64,000 bases of DNA from IMG/VR virus record IMGVR_UViG_3300037471_000902, positions 1 to 64,000 of that record. One strand, written 5' to 3'. Under the pieces are notes generated by a model that was given only the letters and a program-made list of their open reading frames with translations, did not search any database and was not told the DNA's origin. The position numbers and the translations under genes are program-made. The stretch is from a virus. This document shows positions 63,601 through 64,000 of the stretch, one piece after another. The number at the start of each line of letters is the position of its first letter. The stretch's first letter is position 1.

Positions 63601-64000
63601 CAGTAACTAGCAACGGCGGAAAGGTTCTGACTCTCGCTGGTAATTTGACAACGTCTGGAGCATTTGCTACTACCCTAACAGCTACTGGAACCACAACTGT
63701 TACCCTACCCACGACAGGTACACTGGCAACACTGGCTGGAACAGAAACGTTTACCAGCAAGACATTAACTAGTCCAACGGTCAACGGTGGAGCTTTGACG
63801 GCACTGACTGCTCTAGGAATTAGATCAACGGGTACGGGCGCTTTTGACCTTACACTTGCCAATACCGAAAACCTGACGGCTGGCCGCACGCTTACACTGA
63901 AGGTCAATGACGCTGCACGTACAGTCGATTTGGCTGGTAACCTGACGCTCGCATCATCCTTCACCACGAGTGGCGCCAACGCACTCACGTTGACCACAAC
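60666..64000 (+). CDS. Long modular fibre protein, runs off the window (absent from ORF track)
   Basis: MALNFPSSPTPGQTY...W.WDG..W; segments translated by hand are open and repeat the modules of the other fibres. Confidence 0.85.
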   Translation, partial: MALNFPSSPTPGQTYTFGSKTWTWDGTVWNLTPTVALSSQYGGTGVNNAGKTITLGGNLTTSGSNDLTFTTTGSTNITLPTTGTVATLDGVETFTNKTISAPVVIGPVDQRDGTTGQDYRLYNTYTDASNYERAYLRWTGNVLKFGTEAAGTGVVRDIWVVAGTGGNVYIGANTAPRWLVNNTAAFLPAADNTQTIGSASAQVSVVYIGSRIQLNAVGYLAWGADTNMYREAASTLAYRNGGQPNTLRIYNTYTDASNYERLRLGFATNIAYLSTESLGTGTQRGLVINAATQDFQIAGSTKWSIDSSGNLTATGSNDITTSGDFTAGNHRIFSFTRTVPTTVGVEVDIGTFSLLTVGTTNIDMWINVQSSSFSVAKRYNIPVTYGATSGAWQTVVPINNSGPYLGNDFDLEIQVNSGSALLRMRRSAGTTAGTAYIVMSVAGVSSDAFSPSTTTSAVAAPTVKYAPALVNIDTVTNPDINGGTVDSLTTLSIRNQGTGAFDLSFVHNGTMTAGRSLTLNVNDASRSISLSGDLTLASALTTVGAFTLSLTTTGTTNVTLPTTGTLATLAGTETFTNKTIGDTLTLGAAGSATSPQILLNGSSMNWIQFTIAGVGAPAFTTRSSGTKLVLWPQVDATNVDYAIGIENSNIWFSVPTSASQYGFKWYTGTTNAATLNSVGLTVTGTIAASNLSLGGNFATSGASALTLTTTGATNVTLPTAGTLATLAGTETLTNKTLTTPQINAATVGVAATVTAGTNAQGQGALTSDINVVTTASNNPSGVTLPTATVGRWVSIVNSGANPLKVYPASGAAIDGLGANVAVDLPVGAKLEFLASTTTKWHSSATGAKGAGVLTLAGNLTTSGAFATTLTMTGATSVTLPTAGTLATLAGTETLSNKTISGGTFSGTIAGTPTISGNWTMDGAFPGMYLNENDQGTDLKKWFMVVDGQQFQFQTRTDANAVIATPFAVNRSGNLTVLGTVTSNGGKVLTLAGNLTTSGAFATTLTATGTTTVTLPTTGTLATLAGTETFTSKTLTSPTVNGGALTALTALGIRSTGTGAFDLTLANTENLTAGRTLTLKVNDAARTVDLAGNLTLASSFTTSGANALTLTT

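Noticed and set aside
49787-63997. Many Val/Pro/Ala-rich minus-strand ORFs
   Set aside because: Reverse-complement artefacts of Thr/Gly/Ala-rich fibre codons
1-64000. Stop-codon reassignment
   Set aside because: Recognisable genes are full length and tightly packed under the standard code

Overview
This 64 kb window is part of a large lytic tailed phage genome of the T4 superfamily (a jumbo-myovirus-like gene set), densely coding in the standard genetic code and almost entirely on the + strand. From left to right it holds: the end of a fibre gene; an RNA-repair and anti-defence block (Rnl1-type and DRB0094-type RNA ligases, an Acb1-like 2H phosphodiesterase, a HicB-like protein); a replication block (DsbA-like protein, family-B DNA polymerase split into two genes, sliding clamp, RNase H); an envelope and ATP-grasp cassette (PspA-like coiled coils, DUF1190 lipoprotein, GspS-like ligase, TAXI binding protein, R2K ATP-grasp); a MoxR-AAA/VWA pair; an SLT transglycosylase; primase and helicase; probable capsid-internal proteins, including a 1304-aa ligase-fold protein and a Pol-beta nucleotidyltransferase; dCMP hydroxymethylase; a DinG-like helicase; and about 15 kb of modular fibre genes that run off the right edge. 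Two promoter classes can be read directly: GTTT(T/A)-N18/19-TAYAAT (early, host sigma70-like) and TAAATA (T4-late-like). The most interesting signals are: (1) enzymes with T4 internal-protein-like N-termini, suggesting a packaged and injected repair/anti-defence kit; (2) a dispersed family of six unannotated ~90-aa domains; (3) the phage-borne PspA/DUF1190/GspS/TAXI/ATP-grasp cassette; (4) a recurring design in which promoters sit inside RBS- or start-codon-sequestering stems, together with apparently leaderless genes. I saw no tRNA, rRNA, CRISPR array, integrase, intein or reverse transcriptase. All family calls come from motifs recognised by eye, not from database searches.
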